A stretch of DNA of 64,000 nt from an uncultured Candidatus Poseidoniales archaeon (GCA_902530535.1 CACAAP010000001.1:3160-67159); one strand, 5' to 3'; counted from the stretch's first letter, positions 46,731-56,479 are shown. Numbers and translations are program-made. The notes: generated from the sequence alone by a model not told the origin.

Positions 46731-46806
46731 GGGCTCGTGGTCTAGGGGTTATGACGTCGCCTTGACATGGCGAAGATCGCAGGTTCAATTCCTGCCGAGC
46801 CCACCA
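46731..46806 (+). tRNA. tRNA-Val (anticodon GAC) with encoded CCA
   Basis: Acceptor stem GGGCTCG/CGAGCCC. D arm GTC-loop-GAC. Anticodon stem TCGCC/GGCGA with loop TTGACAT. T arm GCAGG-TTCAATT-CCTGC. Discriminator A followed by CCA. Confidence 0.9.
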
Positions 46807-46827
46807 ATAGAATCGATACTACTAAAT

Positions 46828-47553
46828 TTATTTATCAAATTCGTATGAAATTCTCAATCTGCCCTTTCCCTTGTTCTTCTTTGAGATGAACTTCACCTTG
46901 GGTATCATAGACGTGTTAGAAGCGTGTGTTCCAGCACAGGGGCACAGATCGATATCTTCGATTTCAACGACTCTAAGGTGTGTGATTGAATCTGGAATCC
47001 TGTGCATGAACTTTGTATGCCTCATTTTCTCGTGAGACATTATTTTCTCCCTGTCCCATTCATGGATGTTCACTGGAATATTGGAATTAAGGATAGAATT
47101 TACTTCGTCGATTATGATATCCGGATCGAAAACGTCTTTGTCATCGAATAGCAGGTCTACTCTGGAGCTTTCTACTCCAATTTGGTTTCCCACGGTTTCA
47201 GCCCCCCAGATATCTTCAGATATTGCAGAGAAGATATGCTGTGCGGTGTGCATGAGCGTGAGTACATTCCTTCGATTTCGATCTATGGTGCAAATAACTT
47301 CTTGACCGTCTATGAATATGGAGGCATCGTCAACGGGATGCAGGGTCATTTCTCCTGGCAGTACCTCGTTCATGTTGCATGAATCGCCTTCTATTGATGT
47401 AATCTCCCCAGTATCTCCTGGCTGCCCACCCCCCCTTGGATAGCAGTAAGTTTCCTCCAATAGAAGAGAGTTCCCATCCTTCCCTACAATCCTGGTAGTG
47501 AATGGTGGAGGATCGGTTCCAGGATGTTGATTCATGTGCAATTTTTCTTGCAT
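46828..47553 (-). CDS. alaX: AlaX-type alanyl-tRNA editing protein
   Basis: 'LMHTAQHIFSAI' (HxxxH) and 'DLCPCAGTH' (CxxxH) form the zinc site of the Ala/Thr-RS second additional domain. Confidence 0.8.
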   Translation of the reverse strand: MQEKLHMNQHPGTDPPPFTTRIVGKDGNSLLLEETYCYPRGGGQPGDTGEITSIEGDSCNMNEVLPGEMTLHPVDDASIFIDGQEVICTIDRNRRNVLTLMHTAQHIFSAISEDIWGAETVGNQIGVESSRVDLLFDDKDVFDPDIIIDEVNSILNSNIPVNIHEWDREKIMSHEKMRHTKFMHRIPDSITHLRVVEIEDIDLCPCAGTHASNTSMIPKVKFISKKNKGKGRLRISYEFDK

Positions 47554-47557
47554 TTAT

Positions 47558-49105
47558 TCACCCGAAAATTTCAGTTAATCCACCGTCTAGAATCGATTCT
47601 GATAGTTGTTCGCATTCACTTGTCATCGATCTGTCACCATCCAGTCTATCGACATGGGAACGGACCCAACTGACTAGCTTTCTGACCCCTATCCCTGGGG
47701 ATTCTTCTATGTCCTCTATGGCCTCTGTAGAGCAGATGAATTCATTCGCTAAAACCTGGGACAATAGAATTGACGATTGTAGTGACCTATGTGCTCCCGT
47801 GGCGCCCATTGAAACGTGATCTTCCTTGCCCATGCTAACAGGGACATTGCTAATTGTAGCTGGACTGGAGAGAATATGTAGTTCCGATATGATTGCCGCT
47901 GCTACGTACTGAACAATCATTAGTCCGCTTTCTAATCCCTCATTGCCGGCGAGGAAGGCTTTCTGTCCACTCCAATTTGGGTCAAGGATCTGATTAATCC
48001 TTCTTTCAGAAATACTAGCAAGCTCGTGGCAAGCTACGGCAATGGCGTCACTGGCTAGAGCCAGGTTTTGGCCATGGAAATTGCCCCCGCTGATTATTGA
48101 TGCCCCGTTATCCTCGACAAACACTAGAGGGTTGTCAGTAGCGCTGTTGATTTCTATCTCTAGAATTCTCCTGGTTTCCCTTGTCAGATCCACAACTGGT
48201 CCGTGGACCTGAGGGGCGCATCGAAATGAGTAGGCGTCTTGCACCCTTTCACAGTTCTCATGGGAAATTTCAATGTTTGACTGAGAAAGGAATGCAGAAA
48301 TTCTAGCGGCTGAGATTGATTGTCCGACTTGCGGTCTAGAATCGTGTACTCTCCTATCGAACGGCTTGTGAGAACCTCTAATTGCCTCCACTGAACATGC
48401 GATGGAGGCGTCTGCAGTGAGACACAAGATCTCCATGTTTAGTACAGTTTGTGTGAGGTATGCACACATTTGGCTTGTCCCATTAATCAGGGAGAGTCCC
48501 TCCTTTGCCTGCAGTTTAACTGGTTCCAATCCTGCTTCCTCTAATGCGGTTCGGGAATCCTTGGAGACCCATTTGCCAGCGACTTGCACGAGGCACTCGC
48601 CCTCGCCCATCATTCCCATTGTCATATGGGAGAGTGGAGCTAAGTCTCCTGAAGCTCCTAATGATCCTATTCTGGGTATTGATGGTGCTATTCTTGAGTT
48701 AACCATCCCAAGAAGGGTGTCCACGACAGATGGCCTGATTCCAGATACTCCCTTTGCAAGAGAGTTTGCCCGAATAGTCATCATCATTAGAACAATATCC
48801 GGGTCCATTGTTTCGCCAATTCCACATGCATGACTTCTCACGAGATTGGATTGTAGTTGCTCTAACTCGCTTTCTTCTATGCGGACAGATGAAAGCGCCC
48901 CGAATCCTGTATTTATCCCGTAAACAACTTCTCCTGAGTCCAAGATGTCTTCTACGGCCTTTCTAGAAGCCTGCATCCTCTCTCTTGAATCAGATGAAAG
49001 AGATACTTCCATGGAGCCCAGTGATACGGCCTTGACCATCTCAAGAGTTAGATTATCTCCATCAATGACAACCGTTTCCATGCATCTGGCGTAGCGGTCT
49101 GTCAA
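47558..49105 (-). CDS. hutH: histidine ammonia-lyase
   Basis: MIO-forming 'GSLGASGDLAPLSH', 'GINTGFG', 'NFHGQN'. An alternative start is the ATG at 49081 (METVVIDGDNL). Confidence 0.92.
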   Translation of the reverse strand: MTDRYARCMETVVIDGDNLTLEMVKAVSLGSMEVSLSSDSRERMQASRKAVEDILDSGEVVYGINTGFGALSSVRIEESELEQLQSNLVRSHACGIGETMDPDIVLMMMTIRANSLAKGVSGIRPSVVDTLLGMVNSRIAPSIPRIGSLGASGDLAPLSHMTMGMMGEGECLVQVAGKWVSKDSRTALEEAGLEPVKLQAKEGLSLINGTSQMCAYLTQTVLNMEILCLTADASIACSVEAIRGSHKPFDRRVHDSRPQVGQSISAARISAFLSQSNIEISHENCERVQDAYSFRCAPQVHGPVVDLTRETRRILEIEINSATDNPLVFVEDNGASIISGGNFHGQNLALASDAIAVACHELASISERRINQILDPNWSGQKAFLAGNEGLESGLMIVQYVAAAIISELHILSSPATISNVPVSMGKEDHVSMGATGAHRSLQSSILLSQVLANEFICSTEAIEDIEESPGIGVRKLVSWVRSHVDRLDGDRSMTSECEQLSESILDGGLTEIFG

Positions 49106-49111
49106 ATAGAG

Positions 49112-51133
49112 TCATCGAGTCTTTTCAAACAGGTCATCAAGGATGATGGAATCCACTAATTTTGGTAAGGTCACGTCCAGTTTGGAGTCTTTTTCCATGG
49201 CCTTGGTAATGGCGAAGGTTGCCCCGGCATTCCTAGCCCATGACCTCCTTGCAATTCCATTATTCACGTCCCATGAAATCATCGAGTCTATATTTCTCTC
49301 AGAAACTACTGACCCATCTATTACCATGCCGAAGCCTCCGTTGACTACCTCTCCCCAACCGACTCCTCCACCGTTATGCAGGCTGACCCATGTGGCTCCT
49401 CTGAATGAGTCTCCAACGAAGTTGTGTACTGCCATATCTGCAGTAAACATCGACCCGTCGTAGATATTAGCTGTTTCTCTGTATGGACTGTCCGTACCGG
49501 CTACATCGTGGTGATCACGTCCTAGTACTATCGGTGCGGTGATCAAACCTTCAGAAATGGCCTCATTGAAGCGGAGGGCGATTTGCCTACGGCCTTCCTC
49601 ATCCGCGTACAATATCCTTGCCATACTTCCCACTACCAGATCGTGTTTTTCTGCTTCAGAAATCCACTTGATATTATCCAAGTACTGCGTTCGAATTTCT
49701 TCAGGACATCGAGAAGCAAGGACTTCCAGTACCTCCTGTGCTATTTCGTCAGTCGTTGCGAGATCCTGTTTGTTGCCGGAAGTACAGACCCATCTGAAAG
49801 GACCGAAGCCGTAGTCGAAGCACATCGGCCCCATTATATCCTCAACATATGAGGGGTATCTGAATGAGCCGTCTTCTGAGAATACCTCAGCATCGGCTCT
49901 TCCAGATTCAAGTAAGAAAGCGTTCCCATAGTCCCAGAACCTGGTTCCCATCTCAGATAGATTGTTTACAGCATTGACGTGCCTATTCAGAGAGGATTGA
50001 ACTAATCCTCTGAATTTTTTGGGATCTGAGCTTAGTAGAGAAATGCCATCTTCGAATGAAATGCCTGCCGGCATATATCCACCGAGCCAGGGGTTGTGTA
50101 GACTTGTCTGATCGCTGGCTAAATCGGGGGTGATTCCCCTCTCTATAAGATACTCCAGCAAGTCGACAATGTTTCCTAGGTATCCCAACGATACCGCTTC
50201 CGAATTAGCGACTGCTGTCTCGGCTCTATTGCAAAGTTCATCAAGGTCATCGAATAACTCAGTTAACCAGCCCTGAGTGTGACGCTTTCTAGCAGGGGTT
50301 GGATCTATCTCAGCAATGATACAGACGGCTCCGGCAATGACTGCAGCCTTAGCCTGAGCGCCAGACATCCCTCCTAATCCAGAAGTCACATAGAGGACCC
50401 CTCCGAGGCCACTCTCAGATGTCTTACCGAGGTATTTCCTAGCAGCGTTAAGTATCGTAATTGTAGTGCCGTGAACGATTCCCTGAGGGCCGATATACAT
50501 GTAAGATCCAGCTGTCATCTGCCCAAACTGGGACACTCCTAATGCATTCATTCTCTCGTAGTCTTGCTGTGAAGAATGGTTTGGTATGACCATGCCATTT
50601 GTAATAACTACTCGCGGGGATTCTGATGATGATGGGAATAGCCCCAGGGGGTGTCCCGAATACATCACCAATGTCTGGTCTTCCTCCATTTTGGATAGGT
50701 ACTCCATTGTCACGAGGTACTGAGCCCAATTCTGGAATACGGAGCCGTTTCCACCGTAAGTTATCAGTTCGTGGGGGTATTGAGCGACTTTTGGGTCGAG
50801 GTTGTTCTGAATCATCAGCATTATTGCAGCGGCACTCTTACTATTGGACTTGTATTCGTGGATAGATCTTGAGCGGATTTCATGGTCTGGTCTGAATCTG
50901 TGCATGTATATGTGACCAAGACTATCCAGTTCCTCGAGAAAATCTGTAGCAAGTTCCTTGTGCCATTTCTCTGGGAAGTATCTAAGTGAGTTCTCAACTG
51001 CTAGCCTTCTCTCTTTTTGAGTGAGAATCTGAGGCCTAACCGGAGCATGCGGAACTGAATCGTCCGTATCCCTTTTTGGAGGCAGAGATTCTGGAATTCC
51101 ATATTTCTCATGGTTTCCGGCCGACATTACCAC
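49112..51133 (-). CDS. hutU: urocanate hydratase, long (~670 aa) form
   Basis: 'SVPHAPVRPQILTQKERRLAVENSLRYFP', 'GHIYMHRFRP', 'VTSGLGGMSGAQ', 'GPFRWVCTSG'. Confidence 0.9.
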   Translation of the reverse strand: MVMSAGNHEKYGIPESLPPKRDTDDSVPHAPVRPQILTQKERRLAVENSLRYFPEKWHKELATDFLEELDSLGHIYMHRFRPDHEIRSRSIHEYKSNSKSAAAIMLMIQNNLDPKVAQYPHELITYGGNGSVFQNWAQYLVTMEYLSKMEEDQTLVMYSGHPLGLFPSSSESPRVVITNGMVIPNHSSQQDYERMNALGVSQFGQMTAGSYMYIGPQGIVHGTTITILNAARKYLGKTSESGLGGVLYVTSGLGGMSGAQAKAAVIAGAVCIIAEIDPTPARKRHTQGWLTELFDDLDELCNRAETAVANSEAVSLGYLGNIVDLLEYLIERGITPDLASDQTSLHNPWLGGYMPAGISFEDGISLLSSDPKKFRGLVQSSLNRHVNAVNNLSEMGTRFWDYGNAFLLESGRADAEVFSEDGSFRYPSYVEDIMGPMCFDYGFGPFRWVCTSGNKQDLATTDEIAQEVLEVLASRCPEEIRTQYLDNIKWISEAEKHDLVVGSMARILYADEEGRRQIALRFNEAISEGLITAPIVLGRDHHDVAGTDSPYRETANIYDGSMFTADMAVHNFVGDSFRGATWVSLHNGGGVGWGEVVNGGFGMVIDGSVVSERNIDSMISWDVNNGIARRSWARNAGATFAITKAMEKDSKLDVTLPKLVDSIILDDLFEKTR

Positions 51134-51747
51134 TCCAACCTTTTGTTAACCATCAATGCTACAATATTTGCTGATTTTATCGACTGCTCAACGGCTGTGT
51201 TTATCTTCGAAGTGAGTAAGTCCACATCTTCCCCTTCGATGTACTCCAAATTGATTCTAACGTTCAATGATGCAATCTTCGCCGCTGAAAGAGCCATCTC
51301 GGAAGCAGAGGCCAGGTCAGTAAGTGCATTGGGGTTGCAAGAAGCGGATTGTTTTTCGAGATTGGATAGTAGTTTTTGAGCGCTCGATGCAGTATTGAGT
51401 GGTGCCAATGCAGCCCCAATGGTGGCGTTCCTTATTTCCTCAGATCGTTGTTTTTTCTCGTCTTCTGATTCCTTAGGTAGGCGGTATGCAGACATAACTG
51501 ATTCGAATGCTTCAGAGTCTGAGATAGCCAGAAGAATTGCCTCTTCCAAAGCCGGTTCTGATAGTTCTATCGAAGCCTTTGCGGCATCGTGACCTTCTAT
51601 CCACTTCTCCTTCGCCAACGTCAGTCTCGCCACCATCAACGACAATGAGTGTGCGTGAGCCAAGGAGAGCGCTGCGACCGAGCCGCCCCCAGGCGTTGGT
51701 TCTGAACTGGCTATAGACCTTAGAACATCCATGTAACCCTCGTTCAT
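51127..51747 (-). CDS. formiminotetrahydrofolate cyclodeaminase (FTCD C-domain-like)
   Basis: 'SSEPTPGGGSVAALSLAHAHSLSLMVARLT'. The start ATG at 51747 overlaps the upstream stop by 1 nt (the track start is 51771). Confidence 0.8.
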   Translation of the reverse strand: MNEGYMDVLRSIASSEPTPGGGSVAALSLAHAHSLSLMVARLTLAKEKWIEGHDAAKASIELSEPALEEAILLAISDSEAFESVMSAYRLPKESEDEKKQRSEEIRNATIGAALAPLNTASSAQKLLSNLEKQSASCNPNALTDLASASEMALSAAKIASLNVRINLEYIEGEDVDLLTSKINTAVEQSIKSANIVALMVNKRLEW

Positions 51748-52781
51748 CAAATCACCTTTTTGATTGCCCATTCGATTATGCTTGACTCTGGCTCGAAGTC
51801 ATCTAGCATGTCTAGCATTAGGCCAGATATGGCTTTTTGTACAAGCACTTTTTCATCGACTATGGAATCATCGTCGATGTAGAATCTCCCTGCAGAAAGC
51901 ATTGCTTCTAGCGGCACTAAACCCACCAGCTCGCCTGCTGTTACGTTAAGTCCCATAATGGAGGCCTCCTTCCTGATTGCCTCCGTGACATCGTGAAGTC
52001 CGGTTACAGAGAAATCTAGTAGATTCATGGATACTTGTGCTGTAGATTCATCGTACATCCAACCGGCAGCCTGTAGTGATTTGAAGAGACCGGGTTTTCT
52101 AAGAGGCTTGCCATCTTCACCGATGATTTTCTGTCCTTGTTCGTCTTTAACCAGTGATCCGCTAGTCCTTATCGATGAGGCAATAGTATTTGCTTTGGCC
52201 TTATCATCGGAATCAAGATTGAGATTGTAAGCAATGAGAATTTGACGGGCTCCCGTAGCCGTGACTCCCATTCTGGAATTGAATGAGGAAGGGCCAAAGT
52301 CTGGAGCCCAATCAGGATCTGAAATTTTTTCTTCAAATCCTTCATATTCGCCTCTTCTAATATTTGGAAGACTTACTCTATTTGGATTTGTAGCGGCCTC
52401 CGCATATAGGTAAATGGGAAGATCCAGTTCGTGGGAGACTGACTCGGCATATCTCTTTGAGAGATTAACACACTGTTCCATTGAAATTCCGGATATCGGG
52501 ATGAATGGGACTACATCCACAGCTCCCATCCTAGCGTGCTCACCCGTGTGCTTGCTCATGTCTATTATGCTGGTCGCGATTCTAGTACACTCGATCACTG
52601 TTTTGAGTACCTGTTCTGGCTCGCCCACGATCGTGACTACCGTCCTGTTGAAATCTGCGCCCATATCTACATCCAGCAGGTGGACTCCCATCTCATCGAG
52701 AATAGGTTGTGTAATCTGGTCGATAATCTGCTGGTCCTTGCCCTCACTGAAATTTGGTACACACTCTACAAGTTGAGCCAT
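51747..52781 (-). CDS. glutamate formimidoyltransferase (FTCD N-domain-like)
   Basis: 'LVECVPNFSEGKD', 'NRTVVTIVGEP', 'GAVDVVPFIP'. Confidence 0.85.
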   Translation of the reverse strand: MAQLVECVPNFSEGKDQQIIDQITQPILDEMGVHLLDVDMGADFNRTVVTIVGEPEQVLKTVIECTRIATSIIDMSKHTGEHARMGAVDVVPFIPISGISMEQCVNLSKRYAESVSHELDLPIYLYAEAATNPNRVSLPNIRRGEYEGFEEKISDPDWAPDFGPSSFNSRMGVTATGARQILIAYNLNLDSDDKAKANTIASSIRTSGSLVKDEQGQKIIGEDGKPLRKPGLFKSLQAAGWMYDESTAQVSMNLLDFSVTGLHDVTEAIRKEASIMGLNVTAGELVGLVPLEAMLSAGRFYIDDDSIVDEKVLVQKAISGLMLDMLDDFEPESSIIEWAIKKVI

Positions 52782-52816
52782 GTGTATCGGGAGGGCCTCT
52801 TCATCAAGACCTTTCC

Positions 52817-54049
52817 TTAGGTGTATATTCCCTCAGAGTTTGAGTCATTGGGGGTCTTCCTGTTATCTTGTACCTTCTTAATTGCTAGAACAAAATCCTC
52901 TTTGTTTACGGATTTCCTGTTATCCGAAATGGCTGAGATTCCTGCTTCCAAGACGGCAGACTTGATTTCCGCACCACTGAATCCCTCAGTCATAGATGCT
53001 AGTTTGCGGTCATCGACACCCGTTCCCTTAGGCATTTCACCGCAATGAACTCGGAAAATCGCCTCTCGAGCATCTACTTCGGGTAGCGGTATCTTGATGA
53101 TCCTGTCAAACCTTCCTGGTCTAAGCAAAGCTGCATCCAGAAGTTCAGGACGATTTGTGGCAGCAATCACCTTCACGTCGTCCAGACTGTCGAAACCGTC
53201 TATCTCTGACAGCAGCTGCATCAGCGTCCTTTGAACTTCGCGATCGCCTGACGTGGAAACATCGAGTCTCTTTGAGCCAATTGAGTCTATCTCGTCTATG
53301 AAGATGATGGAAGGCGACTTTTGTCTTGCCATCTCGAATAGTTCTCTGACCATCCTGCCTCCTTCTCCTATGTACTTCTGGGCTAGTTCCGCTCCTACTA
53401 GACCTAGGAAAGTAGCGTTCGTAGAGTTGGCGACGGCCTTCGCTAGCATGGTCTTACCTGTCCCAGGCGGACCTGTCAGAAGAACTCCCTTGGGCGGCTC
53501 AATTCCCATGTCGGAGAACGCCTTCGGATTTTCGAACGGTAGCTCGATTGCTTCTTTGAGCTCCTTGATCTGAGGCTCTAAACCCCCTATAGAGGAATAA
53601 GGGACGTCGGGAGTGTCGATAATCTCGGTATTGCTAACCAGAGGGTCCCAGGAGTCAGCGAGTATCTCGACCACGGAAAGAGTATCCTGATTGAGTGCTA
53701 CTCTAGTTCCGGGTTTTATTTTCGACCTATCCAGACGACGATTCACAGAGACTAGGAATACTGTGCCATTTGAGCTTCTGACAATGGCCTGCTCATCTAC
53801 TACGTCCTGGATGAAGCCGACAATTAATGGAGGAGTTCGAATGTTGCTGAGTTCCTCCTCGAGTCTGTTTGAGCGCTTCTTCAGTTGGTTCATCTCGTTC
53901 TCCAGGAATAGCTTCTCCGTCAACAACTGTTGTGCCTTCTCAGAGAGATCCTGATAGTCCTTAGTGAGGCGGTCTAGAGCGGCTCTGTTTGGATCGCCTT
54001 TTTCCAGTATATTGTCGTCCGAGCTAGGCTCACCGGCCTCTGAAGACAT
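52817..54049 (-). CDS. pan: proteasome-activating nucleotidase (AAA+)
   Basis: N-terminal coiled coil and an OB segment. Walker A 'GPPGTGKT', Walker B 'IIFIDEIDS', 'ATNRPELLD', C-terminal 'GIYT'. Confidence 0.92.
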   Translation of the reverse strand: MSSEAGEPSSDDNILEKGDPNRAALDRLTKDYQDLSEKAQQLLTEKLFLENEMNQLKKRSNRLEEELSNIRTPPLIVGFIQDVVDEQAIVRSSNGTVFLVSVNRRLDRSKIKPGTRVALNQDTLSVVEILADSWDPLVSNTEIIDTPDVPYSSIGGLEPQIKELKEAIELPFENPKAFSDMGIEPPKGVLLTGPPGTGKTMLAKAVANSTNATFLGLVGAELAQKYIGEGGRMVRELFEMARQKSPSIIFIDEIDSIGSKRLDVSTSGDREVQRTLMQLLSEIDGFDSLDDVKVIAATNRPELLDAALLRPGRFDRIIKIPLPEVDAREAIFRVHCGEMPKGTGVDDRKLASMTEGFSGAEIKSAVLEAGISAISDNRKSVNKEDFVLAIKKVQDNRKTPNDSNSEGIYT

Positions 54050-54104
54050 GGTTCTGACACAAAGAGGATACTTATGACCCCTACGAAGCCCTCATGTTGC
54101 CCTC

Positions 54105-54683
54105 ATGCCTCGCTATAGCATGGGTGCTTGCGAGCTCTGCGGAAAGGAAGGAGTGGGCACTAGGAGGGCAAAGGTATCGCAATCCGTTCTGGAATGCTGC
54201 TCTGGATGCATAGCTTCGATGGGATTGGTAGTAGAGCAAAGGCCGACGAAGGTAATCCAGAATAATGAGCAATCGAGCCTGGTGACCGGCAAGGGGGTTT
54301 CAGGAATAGACATCATGACCAAGGATGCAACGGAGCTTGCAGGAGATTTTCATGCGAGAATAAGGAATGGCAGGAAAATCAAGGGCTTGTCGCAGGAAGA
54401 TTTAGCGAGAATCATGAATGTCAAGATAGGAGTAATCCAGAAGGCGGAGAATGGGAATAGGCCAACCGATTCCACTTTGGAAAAATTCGAGAGGTCTTTG
54501 GGGATTTCGCTTTTCGTAGAAGCCATATCAAGAAGCAATACCATGGTGGCAAATGAGTCATCGAGTCAAATGACCATCTCTGATGCTAAGAATGACGTAG
54601 CGAACAAGACTAGGAAAAGGCCTGAAAAGAAGAAGCGTCATCGATTTGGAGTTTCTAGATCTGGTTCTCGTTCCAGGAGATAG
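54105..54683 (+). CDS. mbf1: archaeal multiprotein bridging factor 1 (Zn-ribbon + XRE HTH)
   Basis: 'CELCGKEG...ECCSGC' is the zinc ribbon. The HTH is 'IRNGRKIKGLSQEDLARIMNVKIGVIQKAENG'. The tail is basic. Confidence 0.8.
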   Translation: MPRYSMGACELCGKEGVGTRRAKVSQSVLECCSGCIASMGLVVEQRPTKVIQNNEQSSLVTGKGVSGIDIMTKDATELAGDFHARIRNGRKIKGLSQEDLARIMNVKIGVIQKAENGNRPTDSTLEKFERSLGISLFVEAISRSNTMVANESSSQMTISDAKNDVANKTRKRPEKKKRHRFGVSRSGSRSRR

Positions 54684-54687
54684 TATC

Positions 54688-55212
54688 GTGCAAAGCGTAC
54701 CCCTACATGTTATTCATCTAGATCAGGATGATCCGAAGAAGTGCACATCTAGAAAGTTGCATCAGAGTGGTCTGATAAATCTCCATGAATCGGCTAATTC
54801 TGCACCCAGGAGAGGGTACTTGTTGGACCCTCGTGCTAAGACTGTACTAGCTCCAGAAGATGGTGGCCTAATTTCGTTGGGCGGTTCGATTGTAGTGCTT
54901 GACTGCTCGTGGAAACATATAGAGGAGTCTCTAGATTTGATTGACGGTAGAACCAGACTGGAAGGGAGGATTCTGCCGTTGCTGCTTGCTGCGAATCCAG
55001 TTTCTTGGGGCAAGGTGGGGAGGCTCTCGTCTGCAGAGGCTCTTGGAGCCTCATTAGCCATTTTAGGACTATGGGAGCAAGCGAGGGCTGTTGTGGAGCC
55101 ATTCCCTTTCGGAAATCAATTCTTGGATTTGAACAGGGAGCCATTGGAAGCTTACTCAACTGCAGATTCAAGGACAGACATCCTAGAAATCCAGACTGAA
55201 TTCTTCAATTGA
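54688..55212 (+). CDS. tsr3: 16S rRNA aminocarboxypropyltransferase Tsr3
   Basis: 'LHVIHLDQDDPKKCTSRKL', 'VLDCSW', 'LLAANPVSWGKVGRLSSAEA'. The GTG at 54688 lies just after the mbf1 stop (the track's start at 54646 overlaps it). Confidence 0.8.
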   Translation: MQSVPLHVIHLDQDDPKKCTSRKLHQSGLINLHESANSAPRRGYLLDPRAKTVLAPEDGGLISLGGSIVVLDCSWKHIEESLDLIDGRTRLEGRILPLLLAANPVSWGKVGRLSSAEALGASLAILGLWEQARAVVEPFPFGNQFLDLNREPLEAYSTADSRTDILEIQTEFFN

Positions 55213-55244
55213 GAGGATACTCTCGACGGTGTTTCGTGTACAGA

Positions 55245-55262
55245 TCGGGGGGTCCCCCCCGA
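55245..55262. terminator. G6-T-C7 palindrome (TCGGGGGGTCCCCCCCGA) between convergent tsr3 and mazG
   Basis: 8-bp self-complementary arms made of homopolymer G/C, unique in this window. A role as a terminator or other site is not established. Confidence 0.35.
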
Positions 55263-55288
55263 CCTGCTTTCGTTCTTATCTGTTATTG

Positions 55289-55678
55289 TTAATCATCTGA
55301 GTACTCTGTAACCCTGATGCCGAGCTTGCCCGTACGGGCCTTCCTCGTCATCACCCTGTCCATCTTCTTGTGGAACTCACCTTCTAGATCCACTTCCATG
55401 GCAAGCGAGTGCCCTAGGAGGAGGATGAGTAGGTCTGCTAGCTCCTCGGCTGCCTCCTCGTCTGGCTTGCCCTTGGTGATTGCAGCTGAGAGTTCGCCAA
55501 GCTCCTCTACAGTCAATGCGATGCGGAATCCCATATCGTGACCATGGTTCTCTTCGGATGAGAATCGGTGCTTGTGGTGGAAACTGGCAACTCTGGACAT
55601 CATGGTAAGCCATGATCCATCGGGAATATCGGAATGCTCTACACTCAACCAATCATCAACGCTCAGCCTTCTGGACAT
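55289..55678 (-). CDS. mazG: MazG-like nucleoside triphosphate pyrophosphohydrolase
   Basis: 'LTVEELGELSAAITKGKPDEEAAEELADLLILLLG' is the EExxE...ExxD four-helix motif. Confidence 0.75.
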   Translation of the reverse strand: MSRRLSVDDWLSVEHSDIPDGSWLTMMSRVASFHHKHRFSSEENHGHDMGFRIALTVEELGELSAAITKGKPDEEAAEELADLLILLLGHSLAMEVDLEGEFHKKMDRVMTRKARTGKLGIRVTEYSDD

Positions 55679-55717
55679 GGTTCTGCTACACGCTAGGGGA
55701 CCATCAAGGTAGTGATT

Positions 55718-56479
55718 TCATAATTCTCCACTTAGCAGTGCAATAATGCAATGAGACACCAAATCACGCATATTTGATGCCATTGAATCGACCGATTCGT
55801 GGTCTATCTCCGCATCGGGTTCGCCCGGAGTCCGTCCTGCAGCCCAGTTAGAAGAACAGAGCAATGACACGTGAGGAATGCCTGTCTCGGATACCAACCT
55901 CTGCTCGGGACCAAGAGTCATACCTACCACATTGGCCCCTAGTCTCTCTAGTGCATCTATCTCGTGGGGACTCTCGAATTGGGGTCCGATGCACTGGGCC
56001 ACCACTACCCTTGGTGGGGCGCTTCCTTGTTTGACAGTCAGAGTTTGCGCGCAAATTTCTGAGTAGAGGTCGTCGAATGGGTTGGTTCTATCGGAATGAA
56101 ACGCATCCTCGTCGTGGAAAGTCCATGGCTTTTCTGAGAGGTCCAGCATACCACTGCCGACCCCTATTGTCCCCGGAGGCATAGTTTCAATCATTGAGCC
56201 AACAGAGTTGACGCTGACCAACAAATCCGGTTTGCAACTCGATGCAGCATGGACGTTTGCCCTATGTTCGATAGCATGTGGCGGGGTTCTTGATTCTCCA
56301 GGAGAGTGGTGCCTGTCTATGACAAATACATCCGCATTGGCCGTACTGACTACGTTTATGGGGACTTCTCCCCATTCGGATTCGACGACAATTAGCTCCG
56401 AAGTTGCTTCTACGGAGGATGACAGGGCCGTGGAGAAAGCACTCATGCCAGTTCCGCACAGCACCGCTATGCGGTTCAT
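55718..56479 (-). CDS. S-methyl-5'-thioadenosine / purine nucleoside phosphorylase (PNP family 2)
   Basis: 'IAVLCGTGMS', 'FVIDRHHSPGESRTPPHAIEHRANVHA', 'VNSVGSM', 'VVGMTLGPE'. Confidence 0.75.
   Translation of the reverse strand: MNRIAVLCGTGMSAFSTALSSSVEATSELIVVESEWGEVPINVVSTANADVFVIDRHHSPGESRTPPHAIEHRANVHAASSCKPDLLVSVNSVGSMIETMPPGTIGVGSGMLDLSEKPWTFHDEDAFHSDRTNPFDDLYSEICAQTLTVKQGSAPPRVVVAQCIGPQFESPHEIDALERLGANVVGMTLGPEQRLVSETGIPHVSLLCSSNWAAGRTPGEPDAEIDHESVDSMASNMRDLVSHCIIALLSGEL

Noticed and set aside
46731-46806. tRNA-Val as an integration site of a genomic island
   Set aside because: There is no integrase, no duplicated copy of the tRNA 3' end that I could find by eye, and the flanking genes (hut, alaX) are housekeeping.
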